DNA of 63,500 bases from an uncultured Desulfobacteraceae bacterium (GCA_964410925.1 CAYPIW010000051.1:1-63500), one strand, 5' to 3'; positions 19,843 through 30,757 are shown, numbered from the stretch's first letter. Numbers and translations: made by a program. The notes: a model not told the origin generated them from the sequence alone.

Positions 19843-20128
19843 GTCACTGTTTTCCAATACTTGTTTAATTTCTGTTCAAACATTGATAGCAACTATTCAA
19901 TATTTAAACAGTTATGCTGTTCAGCTTTTAAACAGCTTGACGGTTGGACGACAACAAAAATTTTAAACTCAAACTTCAATTCAACCCTGTTTTATCCGGC
20001 AACTGGCAAATCCTGACGGGCAGCCTGAATCCAATCTCAATTGGCATATTTATTGCTTTATATTCAAGATAATTGATTGTCAGACCCACAGCCCGCAAGC
20101 GGTCAGAGGGTTTGCGATGATAAAATAA
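19843..20128 (+). promoter_or_regulatory. Sigma54 promoter cassette, copy B
   Basis: TTGGCATATTTATTGCT at 20041-20057; palindromic sites at 19873, 19894 and 19918; homologous to copies A and C. Confidence 0.8.
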
Positions 20129-20246
20129 TTCTTTTAACAGACTGTCCTGAAAGCTGAACTCTGGTGTAAAAAGAGTTTTTGGCAATGAATCGAAAAGCCG
20201 GAGTACAAAAACACTTACATTCATATGAGCAAAGGAGGAAAAAGTC

Positions 20247-20867
20247 ATGAAGAAATGGTCTATTGGTTTAATGGCTATCGCTTTAATCATCTTCTGTTTT
20301 CACAATCCGGCGTTGGCCGGTGATACCAAAGCCGTGAACTTTTCACTGTTTGACCCTGTTCAGATCTTTGATTCCGACACCTCCATCAAGGGGTTCCGTT
20401 TAAACCTGATCTATGGTGTTAACCAGGATATGACGGGTCTTGACATCGGTCTCGGCAACCATGCCAAAGGCAACATGACCGGTCTCCAGCTTGGCCTGGT
20501 AAATATTGTGGGCGCCGATTTCAAGGGCTGGCAAACCAGTTTGGCAAACGTGGTCTATGGTTCTGGTGCCGGTGTCCAGTTCGGTCTGGTAAATATTGTG
20601 GAGAGTGATTTCAAAGGTTGGCAAACCAGCCTGGCAAACGTGGTCTATGGTTCTGGCACCGGTCTCCAGATAGGGGGCTATAATTACGGAAATTCATTCC
20701 GTGGAATGCAGGTGGCTGCCATCAATCACACGAAAAAGTTCAGCGGTCTGGCCATCGGTGCGGTCAACTATACGGAAATTCTTAATGGTCTTCAAATCGG
20801 CGTGCTCAATTTCAACTGGCGCGGAGAACCCCTTAAGTTCTTTCCTGTTTTTAATTTCTCTTTCTAG
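20247..20867 (+). CDS. Secreted/outer-membrane protein with GxQxGxxN repeats (LA_2272-like surface repeat family)
   Basis: Signal peptide ending ALA, about 15-aa repeats GLQLGLVN/GWQTSLAN, C-terminal FNFSF; RBS AAGGAGG. Confidence 0.8.
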   Translation: MKKWSIGLMAIALIIFCFHNPALAGDTKAVNFSLFDPVQIFDSDTSIKGFRLNLIYGVNQDMTGLDIGLGNHAKGNMTGLQLGLVNIVGADFKGWQTSLANVVYGSGAGVQFGLVNIVESDFKGWQTSLANVVYGSGTGLQIGGYNYGNSFRGMQVAAINHTKKFSGLAIGAVNYTEILNGLQIGVLNFNWRGEPLKFFPVFNFSF

Positions 20868-20910
20868 TTTTTCATGTAATGCTTTGAAACAAAAAAAGCT
20901 TTCAAAGCGG

Positions 20911-20942
20911 CAAAGGCAGAGTTAGCATTAGCTCTGCCTTTT
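20911..20942. terminator. Bidirectional intrinsic terminator between convergent genes
   Basis: AAAGGCAGAGTTA GCAT TAGCTCTGCCTTTT hairpin. Confidence 0.75.
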
Positions 20943-20984
20943 AAATTTGCAACAGGATTAAAAGAGATTTGTAAAAAACTAGGA

Positions 20985-23879
20985 TTAATGCATAAAATCA
21001 TCCCAGATTTTCTCGACTTTTTTCCGTAAGTTGCAAAATTTAATCTCAGGAACTTTGGCAGATTTTTCCTGGAGGCTGAGTTGGTGAACCGCCGCCCGAT
21101 AGGTCAGATAGGCAACTTTGAGAAAGTGGGCGACATGAGCTTCAATGATACCGGTCTGGTTCAAGGTTTCGAGAAGACGAACCGTGTCGGTCCACCGGGT
21201 CAGTTCGTTATATTCACTGGATTTTAAAAGCACCAGATACTGAACCAGAAATTCAATATCAACAATTCCGCCCGTATCCTGTTTGAGATCGAAAACTTCC
21301 GCTTCATGGGCTGAGAGTTCTCTGCGCATTCGGTCGCGCATATCCACAACCTCTTCTTGAAGCTTGCTCATGATTCTGGGCCGGGACAGCACCTGATTTC
21401 GTATCTGATCAAAGCGTTGGGCCATCCGACGATCACCGCTTATGAATCTTGCCTTGATAATGGCCTGATGTTCCCATGTCCAGGCTTTGTTCATTTGATA
21501 GTCTTTAAACCCTTGGATGTGGCTGACCAGAATGCCTGAACTCCCACTGGGCCGCAGCCGCATATCCGGCTGGTACAGGACGCCGGAAGGCGTATGTGCG
21601 GTTAAAATGTGAACGACTCTCTGTCCCAGCCGGGCAAAAAACTGGGCATTATCTATAGGGTACTTGCCGCCACGGGTCTGCCCCCGGGTTCCGGCATGAA
21701 GAAAAACCAGATCAAGGTCCGATCCATATCCGAGCTCAAATCCGCCAAGCTTTCCATAGGCAATGACCGCAAATCCTTTACCAATCTTTTCACCATCCAG
21801 TTCACAGTTTGGAGTCCCGTGTCTTTGAGCAAGATGGTCCCAAGACAGTGCCACAACCTTATTTAAAACCGTTTCTGCAATTTCGGAAAGATGATCGCTG
21901 GTCCTCATCAGCGGAACAGCACCTGTGACATCTGCTGCGGCCACACGCAATATGTTCGCCTGTTTAAAAATACATAATTCCTGAATCTTAACCTCAAGGT
22001 CCACAGAAGGTATTAAATCGAACTTTTTGCGTATCTCCTCTTCAAGATCCGATTTTTCCGGAGGCAGATAAAGCGTACGGGGGTCTAAAAGTTCATCCAG
22101 GAGGACGGGATGGCGCGCCAGAAATGAGATCACCCATGAACTGGCAGCGGCCAGCTTAACCAGGTGCACAATAGCAATTCGATTTTCCAGCAGAAGCGCC
22201 AGGTAGTTGCTTCGTCGCTCAATGGCTTTGATCAGGTCTACGATTCGACTCAAAACAACAAGAGATTGTTCAGACCGGCCAATGACTTTCAGTATAACCG
22301 GGATGAGTTTGTCCAGGCGATTCCGGCCGTAGCTGCTGAGTAACCGTGTTTCCGGATCATTCCGAAGATCATTTAAAAGATGCATCACACGATCCGGATT
22401 TTCAAAACCCGCTTCAGCAAGCACCTTCCGGACCTGATCGTCTTCTAATACATTCTGCCATACCGCTTGCAACCCGCTTTCAATTTTTTCGCCCTGTTCA
22501 TCGAAACGCCTTGAATCCCCGGTTCCCAGCAATTGGTTAAAATGATCGTGTACAATTCTCCTGTGTTGTTCGAGACAACGGGCATAGGATTCAAAATCCC
22601 AAAATCCCATGGATGCGGCCAGACGAATTCTTGCAACCGGTTCTTCGGGAATCTCATGGGTCTGCCGATCTGAAAATTCCTGAAGACGATGCTCCGTGTT
22701 GCGCAAAAATTCATATGCGCGGGTAAGTTCATCACATGCTTTTTGAGGGATATAGTTTTCTCGGGCAAGAGCCTTCAATACCTTTCCAAGACCCTGTTCC
22801 TGAAGCGCAGGGGCAACGCCTCCCCGTATAAGCTGAAATATCTGACCGAAGAATTCAATTTCACGGATTCCCCCGGGACCGAGCTTGATATTGTGTGACA
22901 TGTGTTTGCGTTTTACTTCAAGAGAGATTTTTTCCTTCATATTTCTTAAAGACTCAAAGGCGCCAAAGTCCAAATATCTGCGATATACAAAAGGGTTAAG
23001 TTTCTCCATAAGTTGAGCGCCGGCTCTTTTATCACCCGCAACGACTCTGGCTTTGATCCATGCGTATCGTTCCCATTCCCGCCCCTGTTCCTGGTAATAT
23101 GCCTCCATGGCATCAAAATTCATAACCAAAGGACCGATGTCACCATAGGGTCGAAGATTCATGTCCACCCGAAACACGATGCCGTCTGAAGTGCAGGAAC
23201 CGATTGTTTTTATCAACTCCCGACAAAGGCGCACAAAAAATTCTTCATTACTGATTGGGTCGGATACGCCACGGGTTTGACCCGCTGAAGGATAAGCAAA
23301 AATAAGATCCACGTCAGAGGAAAAGTTTAACTCCCCGCCGCCGAGTTTTCCCATTCCTAAAACAACAAGGCACTGCGGTGAACCGTCATTTCCTTCAGGA
23401 ATGCCGTATTTCCGGCACGCCCATTCATAAAGAAGCAAAAGAGCCTGATGGATACAAACCTCGGCCAGGGCAGAAAGATCTGCCATGGTTTGGGAAAGAT
23501 CGGCCCATCCTGCAAGGTCACGCCAGGCAATCCGAATCATTTCACGTAGTCGAAACTTGCGAAGAATAGAGGATAGTTTGTCCACTTGTTCCGGTTTATA
23601 CAGTCTCGACAAATCCTTTTGAAGCTTGTAATTGTAATAATCGGCCGGAGACTGTCCGTAAAGTTCACCGCTTTGAACGAGGTCGGCCAGCATGGCCGGG
23701 TTCTGAATGCAACTTCTGGCTATAAAATTGCTAAAAGCAAAGACCCGTTTTAAAACTTCTATAAACTCGGAATCATCCCGCAAAAAAATATTGGCGTGCT
23801 TTGCAGCATTGGAGAATGCATCCCATTTGCGCTGGGAATCGTTGATCATCTCATGTGGAAGGTCAATTGTAGGTTCCAT
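20985..23879 (-). CDS. glnE: Bifunctional glutamine synthetase adenylyltransferase/adenylyl-removing enzyme
   Basis: Two nucleotidyltransferase motifs GMGKLGGGELNFSSDVD and AYGKLGGFELGYGSDLD, plus NIKLGPGGIREIEF; 964 aa. Confidence 0.96.
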   Translation of the reverse strand: MEPTIDLPHEMINDSQRKWDAFSNAAKHANIFLRDDSEFIEVLKRVFAFSNFIARSCIQNPAMLADLVQSGELYGQSPADYYNYKLQKDLSRLYKPEQVDKLSSILRKFRLREMIRIAWRDLAGWADLSQTMADLSALAEVCIHQALLLLYEWACRKYGIPEGNDGSPQCLVVLGMGKLGGGELNFSSDVDLIFAYPSAGQTRGVSDPISNEEFFVRLCRELIKTIGSCTSDGIVFRVDMNLRPYGDIGPLVMNFDAMEAYYQEQGREWERYAWIKARVVAGDKRAGAQLMEKLNPFVYRRYLDFGAFESLRNMKEKISLEVKRKHMSHNIKLGPGGIREIEFFGQIFQLIRGGVAPALQEQGLGKVLKALARENYIPQKACDELTRAYEFLRNTEHRLQEFSDRQTHEIPEEPVARIRLAASMGFWDFESYARCLEQHRRIVHDHFNQLLGTGDSRRFDEQGEKIESGLQAVWQNVLEDDQVRKVLAEAGFENPDRVMHLLNDLRNDPETRLLSSYGRNRLDKLIPVILKVIGRSEQSLVVLSRIVDLIKAIERRSNYLALLLENRIAIVHLVKLAAASSWVISFLARHPVLLDELLDPRTLYLPPEKSDLEEEIRKKFDLIPSVDLEVKIQELCIFKQANILRVAAADVTGAVPLMRTSDHLSEIAETVLNKVVALSWDHLAQRHGTPNCELDGEKIGKGFAVIAYGKLGGFELGYGSDLDLVFLHAGTRGQTRGGKYPIDNAQFFARLGQRVVHILTAHTPSGVLYQPDMRLRPSGSSGILVSHIQGFKDYQMNKAWTWEHQAIIKARFISGDRRMAQRFDQIRNQVLSRPRIMSKLQEEVVDMRDRMRRELSAHEAEVFDLKQDTGGIVDIEFLVQYLVLLKSSEYNELTRWTDTVRLLETLNQTGIIEAHVAHFLKVAYLTYRAAVHQLSLQEKSAKVPEIKFCNLRKKVEKIWDDFMH

Positions 23880-24312
23880 TTGTGTCTTTAATTCATATCG
23901 TTGATAAATATCGCTACATGTATCTTAATGTCTATCGACGGTATCGCACAAAGAGCGCCCGCTAAGACCGGTAATGTTATATCCCGAATATAATAATAAA
24001 AGCCGTTTAATATCTCAATACTTTTTCTTTAAGCGGGTCCGTTCAGAGTAAACGCATTTGATTTTTCTCCAGCCTAACCACGGCGTGTTTCTCTTGGAAA
24101 GGGAGCCTTACCAATACCCGGATCTCCGTCGGGCCGGATCTGGACTTTTTACGATGGTTGTGTCATAAATATAAAACAGTGTCCATCCATACCGGAAACC
24201 AAAATCTACCATTTCCGAATGGACGCCAAATAGTGTCGTTCAACGCCAGGGCCAGGGCCGGTGTAAGCCCTTGTCCCCCGAAGCGATATAGAAAGACCAG
24301 GGAGCTTATACC

Positions 24313-25659
24313 ATGACTTTAGAACTCGAGAGCTTTGAATTGCTATACGAATCTTTGAAGCATCTGGATGAAGGATTCCGCAAGTTACCTGAATTCACGC
24401 CAAAAGTTGACTTGAAAAGGATGCAGCGGGTATTAGGAGAAGTCACAGAGCGCATGCGGGATAACTACCCATACCCGCATCCTCTGTATGCCGGTCAGAT
24501 GCTTAAACCACCGCATTCGATTGCACGTTTGGCATACGCTCTGGCCATGTGGATCAACCCCAACAATCATGCGTTGGAGGGAGGACGTGCCAGTTCTGAG
24601 ATGGAAAAGGAGGCTGTTGCTCAAATTGCGCATATGTACGGATGGAAAGACCATCTCGGGCATCTTTGCGGAGGGGGAACCATGGCGAACATGGAGGCAC
24701 TTTGGATTGCCGGCAGGCTCCATCCGGGCCGGAAAATTGTTGCATCCAGCCAGGCGCACTATACGCACCGTCGTATTTCTGATGTACTGCAACTCGATTT
24801 TACATCCGTTCCCGTTGACACCTGTGCCAGAATGGACCTTAGTGCGCTGGAAAAACTCCTCCGTCAGGAAGACATCGGCACTGTGGTGGCAACCCTTGGA
24901 ACAACCGGTTGCGGTTCGGTGGATCCTCTGCATGAACTCCTTGATCTTCAGCACTATTATGGGTTCCGCGTGCACGTGGATGCTGCCTATGGCGGCTATT
25001 TTACACTGGTTGATAATCTTGATTCCGAGGCACAAGCCTCTTTCGATTGTCTGAATAAGGTGGATTCTATTGTTGTGGATCCCCACAAGCACGGATTACA
25101 GCCCTATGGATGCGGCTGTGTATTATTTCGCGACCCTGCCGTCGGTACCATTTACAAGCATGACTCGCCCTATACTTATTTCAGCTCAAATGAACTGCAC
25201 CTGGGAGAGATAAGTCTGGAGTGTTCCCGACCCGGTGCCTCGGCAGTGGGTCTTTGGGCCACCTTGAAGCTTATGCCCCTGGTAAAATCCGGGGAATTCG
25301 CCCAGGGCCTGGCCCGGTGCCGGGATACGGCATGCGCCCTGTTTCAACGCCTAAAGGAAGACAACCGGTTCTTAACCGTGTTTCCTCCCGAACTGGACAT
25401 TATTGTCTGGGCTCCCCGGGCATCCAATAGCAGTACAATCTCTAAACGTTCCAGAGCTTGTTTTGATCTGGCCGCCAAGGCCCATTTGCATCTGGCGCTG
25501 GTAGATCTGCCCGCGGAGTTGGTCCGGCCTCACTGGCCTGGTGTCAACTTTGATGAGCCTGCCGTCACCTGCCTCAGGTCTTGCCTGATGAAGCCGGAGC
25601 ATTTTGAATGGATGGACAGAATCTGGCGCATTCTCGCAAGAATAGCAGACACGGGTTAA
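24313..25659 (+). CDS. Group II PLP-dependent decarboxylase
   Basis: GGGTMANMEAL, HVDAAYGG, DPHKHG (PLP lysine). Substrate not determinable from sequence. Confidence 0.9.
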   Translation: MTLELESFELLYESLKHLDEGFRKLPEFTPKVDLKRMQRVLGEVTERMRDNYPYPHPLYAGQMLKPPHSIARLAYALAMWINPNNHALEGGRASSEMEKEAVAQIAHMYGWKDHLGHLCGGGTMANMEALWIAGRLHPGRKIVASSQAHYTHRRISDVLQLDFTSVPVDTCARMDLSALEKLLRQEDIGTVVATLGTTGCGSVDPLHELLDLQHYYGFRVHVDAAYGGYFTLVDNLDSEAQASFDCLNKVDSIVVDPHKHGLQPYGCGCVLFRDPAVGTIYKHDSPYTYFSSNELHLGEISLECSRPGASAVGLWATLKLMPLVKSGEFAQGLARCRDTACALFQRLKEDNRFLTVFPPELDIIVWAPRASNSSTISKRSRACFDLAAKAHLHLALVDLPAELVRPHWPGVNFDEPAVTCLRSCLMKPEHFEWMDRIWRILARIADTG

Positions 25660-25745
25660 ATCAAATCCAGATGAATTCATAATTCAGAGTTTAACGGGAA
25701 TCTCATGGCTTGGTTCCGTCATTCTCACGACATCAAAGGGGAACT

Positions 25746-26609
25746 ATGAAAAATTTAATATCGGGAATTATTCTTAATCTGATCCTGTGCCTGTCTGTTT
25801 CGGCAGACACTTCTTTATGGAAGGTTCAGCTGCATAACTCCGTAACATACATAGGAGGGACCTGTCATATACTGCGAAAATTTGATTATCCTTTGCCGGA
25901 GGAATTTGTAAAAGCATACCAGGATTCTGATGTAATTGTTTTCGAAACTCAACTTGAAGAGTTGAATAGTCCGGAAACCCAGGAGATGATAATCAAAAAA
26001 GGCTTTTATAACGATGAGTTGAGTCTTGACAACGTGTTATCGCCCCGGACTTACGATTTTTTAAAAAAATATTGTGAAGGTTTGGGAATTCCAGTCCTTT
26101 CATTGAACAAATTAAAGCCGTCCATGGTTGTTTTAACGTTGCTTGGCCTGGAGTTGCAGAACCTGGGTATCAATCAAGCCGGTGTTGACCATTATTTTCA
26201 CCATATGGCAACGATGGAAGGAAAAAAGATTGAAGGGTTAGAAAGCATTACCAAACAAATCGAATTTGTTGTATCCATGGGCGAAGGTAGCGAGGATGAT
26301 TTCATTGAACACTCAATTAAAGACTTAAAGAAAACCAGGCAAATAATCAGTGACCTCATTGCGGCTTGGAGGCAAGGTGATGAGGATAAACTTTATCAGC
26401 TCTACATCGCACCCATGAAAAAGGATTTTCCGAATCTTTATTCAACCTTAATCGCCGAAAGAAACTATGAATGGCTGTCAAAAATTAAACACTATCTTCA
26501 AACTTCCCAAAATGAATTTATTCTGGTGGGTGTAGCACACCTGATCGGAACAGACGGAATTATCGATCATTTGAAAAGATCCGGCTATACAATCAACAAA
26601 CTCGAATAG
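25746..26609 (+). CDS. TraB/GumN family protein
   Basis: Signal peptide, SLWKV, GTCH, GLES, ERN, VGVAHL. Confidence 0.85.
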   Translation: MKNLISGIILNLILCLSVSADTSLWKVQLHNSVTYIGGTCHILRKFDYPLPEEFVKAYQDSDVIVFETQLEELNSPETQEMIIKKGFYNDELSLDNVLSPRTYDFLKKYCEGLGIPVLSLNKLKPSMVVLTLLGLELQNLGINQAGVDHYFHHMATMEGKKIEGLESITKQIEFVVSMGEGSEDDFIEHSIKDLKKTRQIISDLIAAWRQGDEDKLYQLYIAPMKKDFPNLYSTLIAERNYEWLSKIKHYLQTSQNEFILVGVAHLIGTDGIIDHLKRSGYTINKLE

Positions 26610-26615
26610 GTGGAT

Positions 26616-28067
26616 ATGGCAATCAAAACCTACACAAAACGTCCTTCTAAAAGAACCAAGATTGTTGCCACACTGGGTCCGGCCTGCGACAAGGAAGACA
26701 CGCTGCGCAAGATGATACTGGCCGGCTTAGACGTAGTCCGTATTAACTTTTCTCACAGCAGCCACGATTACCTGGATCCTCTGATCAAACAAATTCGGAA
26801 ATTAAGCCGGGAAACGGGAGTTCCTGTTCCCATTATCGGCGATTTGCGCGGCCCTCGTGTTCGCGTGGGAGAAATTCAAGGAGATAGTGTTGACTTAAAA
26901 ACAGATCAAAAAATTTGTTTGACCCCGCAAAAATCAGCAGGAACCCATGAGTTTATTTCCGTAAGTTACCCCGACATGGCCAAAGATGTAAAAGTCGGCA
27001 GCCTGATTTTACTTGATGACGGAAACATCGAGCTTGAGGTGGAAAAAATTGAAATCAACGGCAACGTATGGTGTCGCATACTCCAGGGAGATAAGCTGTC
27101 CAGCCACCGGGGCATTAATCTTCCGGGGCTGCGGGTCAGCCTGCCGTCAATCAGCCGGAAGGATTACGGTGATATTGACTTTGCCGTTACGCAAGATATT
27201 GATTTTCTGGCGTTGTCTTTTGTTCAGTGTGCCGATGATGTGCGTCAGTTGAAAGATTATCTGTCCCAAAAAGGATCAGACATTCAGGTCATCGCCAAAA
27301 TTGAACGACAGAATGCTTTAGATGATATTGAGGCAATTGTTCGGGAAGCCAATGGGGTTATGGTGGCCCGGGGGGATCTGGCTTTGGAGATGAGTTTGCA
27401 AGAAGTGCCCATTGCCCAAAAACACATAATTAACATTTGCCGTAGCGCTGCCACTCCGGTAATCACGGCCACCCAAATGCTCGAATCCATGATTGACATG
27501 CGCAAACCCACTCGGGCCGAGGCCACAGATGTAACCAACGCTATTTTAGACGGCACTGACGCCCTGATGCTGTCCGCTGAAACGGCCATCGGGAGGTATC
27601 CGGTTGAAACCGTGGCCATCATGTCAACGCTTGCCGTTTCCACCGAGACGGCCTGGTTTGAGGGTAAGTTGTCCGGTGCCCTGCCGTTTAGCCCGCCCCG
27701 GGAAATTGAGCCGGCCGTTGCGCACGCCGGCAATTTGGTAGCCAACACGGTATCCGCCAAAGCCATTGTGGCCTACACCTCCTCCGGCATGACCGCCGGC
27801 CGGGTGGTCTGCCACCGGCCTCACCAGCCCGTGCTGGCCCTGGCTGCATCTTTTAAAGTGCAGCGACGACTGGCCCTGACCTGGGGAGTGCAAAGCGCGC
27901 TATCCAAAATAATAAAAGAAACGGACGATATCGTTGCCGTTGCGATCAATGAGGTACACCGTTACGGTCTCGCAGGAAAAGGAGACACAATTGTAATTAT
28001 TGCCGGTACACCCCCCCATGGCCGAAGTGGTCGTACCAATACTCTTAAGGTCGAACGAATTCCCTGA
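26616..28067 (+). CDS. pyk: Pyruvate kinase
   Basis: TKIVATLGP, RINFSH, AKIE, MVARGDL, ATQMLESM, MLSAET. Confidence 0.96.
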   Translation: MAIKTYTKRPSKRTKIVATLGPACDKEDTLRKMILAGLDVVRINFSHSSHDYLDPLIKQIRKLSRETGVPVPIIGDLRGPRVRVGEIQGDSVDLKTDQKICLTPQKSAGTHEFISVSYPDMAKDVKVGSLILLDDGNIELEVEKIEINGNVWCRILQGDKLSSHRGINLPGLRVSLPSISRKDYGDIDFAVTQDIDFLALSFVQCADDVRQLKDYLSQKGSDIQVIAKIERQNALDDIEAIVREANGVMVARGDLALEMSLQEVPIAQKHIINICRSAATPVITATQMLESMIDMRKPTRAEATDVTNAILDGTDALMLSAETAIGRYPVETVAIMSTLAVSTETAWFEGKLSGALPFSPPREIEPAVAHAGNLVANTVSAKAIVAYTSSGMTAGRVVCHRPHQPVLALAASFKVQRRLALTWGVQSALSKIIKETDDIVAVAINEVHRYGLAGKGDTIVIIAGTPPHGRSGRTNTLKVERIP

Positions 28068-28159
28068 CTATGGGGTCAGCCGATTTCGTTTAAAATCAAC
28101 AGATTATAGTTGAACTTTCTAAAATCGACACCCCGCAACCGGCAACGGACTGCTAATAT

Positions 28160-28888
28160 ATGAAAACCGCAATTATTTCAGATATTCATGGTAATCTGGA
28201 TGCGTTTGGACAAGTCTTGAGCGATATCGACGCTTCGGGTATTGATGCCGTTGTTTGCCTGGGGGACAATGTCGGGTATGGACCTGAGCCCGAACAGGTG
28301 ATTCGACAGATTCGAAAACGCAATATTCCCTGTGTTATGGGAAATCATGAGCAGGCAGTAACGGATTGCTCGCATTTGGACTGGTTTAATCCCGCCGCCC
28401 GAAAATCTTTGCAAAAAACAATGACCCTGCTGTCCGAGGAATCCTTTAATTACATACGCGGGATGAAAGCATCTTTGGTGATTTACCAAAGCCGATTTGT
28501 TCACGGGTTTCCCCCGGATTCCACGGACATCTATTTATTTCAGGTTGCCAACGACACCCTCAATCAAACTTTCGGAAAAATGAAAGAAAGACTTTGTTTT
28601 GTGGGACATACCCATGAACTGAAACTCATCGCGTTTGACGGAAAGGTATCCCAGCGTATTCCTCTGAAAGAAGGAATTATAACACATTTGGATAACGACA
28701 GAAAATATATCATCAATGTGGGCAGTGTGGGACAACCCAGAGACGGCAATAACAATGCAAAATACGTGATTTGGAATACATCGGAGGATTCCCTTGAAGT
28801 AAGATTTGTTCCGTATGATATTGCAGCGGTCGTCGGCAAAATCATGGCCGCGGGACTTCCCAAAGTGCACGCGAATCGGTTATGGTAA
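28160..28888 (+). CDS. Metallophosphoesterase (YfcE-like)
   Basis: DIHGN, GD, GNHE, GHTH, NVGSVGQPRD. Confidence 0.92.
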   Translation: MKTAIISDIHGNLDAFGQVLSDIDASGIDAVVCLGDNVGYGPEPEQVIRQIRKRNIPCVMGNHEQAVTDCSHLDWFNPAARKSLQKTMTLLSEESFNYIRGMKASLVIYQSRFVHGFPPDSTDIYLFQVANDTLNQTFGKMKERLCFVGHTHELKLIAFDGKVSQRIPLKEGIITHLDNDRKYIINVGSVGQPRDGNNNAKYVIWNTSEDSLEVRFVPYDIAAVVGKIMAAGLPKVHANRLW

Positions 28889-28976
28889 CCATAAAGTTCA
28901 TGAGGCTTTAGGCTTTTTTTCCCTTAAATAGTACACTAGCGGGCAAGCTTGAAACCAGCACGAAAATAAGCAGAAT

Positions 28977-28993
28977 TGCATATGAAATGCCAA
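28977..28993 (-). promoter_or_regulatory. Orphan sigma54-type promoter pointing left
   Basis: Minus strand TTGGCATTTCATATGCA (GG-N10-GC); no minus-strand gene follows it. Confidence 0.4.
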
Positions 28994-29024
28994 ACCTTAA
29001 AGCAGCCCGGCTAAACCCTCTACC

Positions 29025-29216
29025 GGGAGCATTACCGATTTGTTAAAATGCTTTTCACCACTTAACTTATTCATTTTTTGAGCGAAAGCCTTGCAATCAG
29101 ATTTCAGGTGTCAGGTTTCAGGTGTCAGGAGTAAGAAACGAATTGGCTGATACCTGAAACCTGACACCTGAAACCAAAAAGTCTTGGATAGCAGTTAACA
29201 AACTGGTAATGAACCC
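29025..29216. mobile_element. MITE family A, copy 2
   Basis: Same TIRs (GGGAGCATTACCGATTTGTTAA / TTAACAAACTGGTAATGAACCC) and core as 11464-11641, with extra heptamer units. Confidence 0.85.
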
Positions 29217-29258
29217 CTTTGAACCTTAAGCCCTTGAACAGGGACTATCTTTTTAAAA

Positions 29259-30653
29259 ATGAAACCCATTTTAGAAATTTTAAATCAGGAAGGATTTCTA
29301 AAAAGCCTGTTTGAATCGATTCCCTGCGGAGTTCTGATCATTGACGGGGACAGACGAATTTTGGCGGTGAACAACGTGCTGGAACAGACTTTTGGAATTT
29401 CCGGAGCAGAGATAATAGATCAGCGCGGCGGCGAAGCGTTAAAATGCGTGAATGCATTTAAAAACCCGAAAGGCTGTGGGTTTGCTGAAGAATGTGTCAA
29501 CTGTAGAGTTCGCAGCACAGCGCTTGAGGCGCTTTCAGGGAATCAAATACACAGGGAAAAGGCATCGCTTCAGCTGCTGGTCGACGGTAAGACAAGAAAT
29601 TTGCAGTTACTTATCAGCGCTGCTCCCTTCGACCATGGAGGGAAACGGCTGGCGGTTATTATTCTTGAAGACATGACCGAATTGAACACCCTTCGGAGGC
29701 GCCTGAAAACAGATCAGAGCTTTGCCGGGATCATCGGGCGCGATGTCAAGATGCAGGAGCTATTCGAAACCATAAGGGAGGTTGCGGAAGTCGATGTTCC
29801 TGTTCTTATCCAGGGAGAAAGCGGGACCGGGAAAGAGCTGGTTGCCGCAGCGATTCACAACGAGGGCCTTCGTGCAAAAAAACCCTTTGTGCCGGTCAAC
29901 TGTGGTGCACTGCCCGAGGGATTGCTGGCAAGCGAATTGTTCGGACATGTGAAAGGTTCTTTTACCGGGGCGCTGCGGGATAAGAAAGGTCGTTTTGAAC
30001 TGGCGGACGGTGGCACCCTGTTCCTGGACGAAGTGGTGGATTTGCCCAGGGATATGCAGGCAAAACTGTTGCGAGTACTCCAGGAAGGAACATTCGAGCG
30101 GGTGGGTGACGAAAAAACCAAATCCGTGGACGTCCGTATTATCAGTGCCGCCAATCGGGATCTGAAAAACGAAGTAAAAAGGGGTAATTTCCGCGATGAT
30201 CTATACTACCGTATTGCTGTAGTCCCCATCTATCTGCCGTCCCTCAGAGAGCGAAAAAACGATATTCCGCTTCTTATTGACCATTTTTTCAGAAGGATTG
30301 TAAAGGATGGCAGACAAACTAATCCGGACATTTCCGATGAGGCCGTTTCCCTGTTGATGGACTACCACTGGCCGGGCAATGTCAGGGAGCTTGAAAACGT
30401 TATTCAATTTGCCATCGTTAAATGCAGGGGCCGGAAGATTTTACCCAAAGATCTTCCCGTTGAACTTTACAGACATGATGTGATTGGAACTTCTCGGGGG
30501 CACTCTCGGAAACTTAGTCTTGAGAGGGTAACCTCAGCGCTTGTAAAAAGCGGGGGCAATAAAGCAAAGGCAGCGCGGCTTCTTGGTGTGGGCCGGGCCA
30601 CGTTATATCGGTTTTTATCCGACTATCCGGAAGTAATGTCGGACACTAAATAA
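29259..30653 (+). CDS. Sigma54-dependent activator with Cys-rich PAS domain, AAA+ and Fis-type HTH
   Basis: GESGTGKE, GSFTGA, LFLDEV, WPGNVREL, GNKAKAARLLGVGRATLYR; PAS contains CVNA..GCG..ECVNC. Confidence 0.93.
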   Translation: MKPILEILNQEGFLKSLFESIPCGVLIIDGDRRILAVNNVLEQTFGISGAEIIDQRGGEALKCVNAFKNPKGCGFAEECVNCRVRSTALEALSGNQIHREKASLQLLVDGKTRNLQLLISAAPFDHGGKRLAVIILEDMTELNTLRRRLKTDQSFAGIIGRDVKMQELFETIREVAEVDVPVLIQGESGTGKELVAAAIHNEGLRAKKPFVPVNCGALPEGLLASELFGHVKGSFTGALRDKKGRFELADGGTLFLDEVVDLPRDMQAKLLRVLQEGTFERVGDEKTKSVDVRIISAANRDLKNEVKRGNFRDDLYYRIAVVPIYLPSLRERKNDIPLLIDHFFRRIVKDGRQTNPDISDEAVSLLMDYHWPGNVRELENVIQFAIVKCRGRKILPKDLPVELYRHDVIGTSRGHSRKLSLERVTSALVKSGGNKAKAARLLGVGRATLYRFLSDYPEVMSDTK

Positions 30654-30723
30654 GCACGGAAACCGGGGTCGCGATAAGAAACCAGGCTTTGGTTATCCCC
30701 GGAGCCATCTATTTTTGACTTGG

Positions 30724-30757
30724 CCCAAAGGACCAGGTTTTCAATGTAAAACTAAAA
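30724..30757 (+). repeat. 34-bp direct repeat, copy 1
   Basis: CCCAAAGGACCAGGTTTTCAATGTAAAACTAAAA versus 37668-37701 (3 mismatches). Confidence 0.7.

Noticed and set aside
23900-24312. Possible riboswitch or ncRNA upstream of the PLP decarboxylase
   Set aside because: Small hairpins and a GACTTTTTACGA MITE-end-like motif are present, but I recognised no aptamer consensus.
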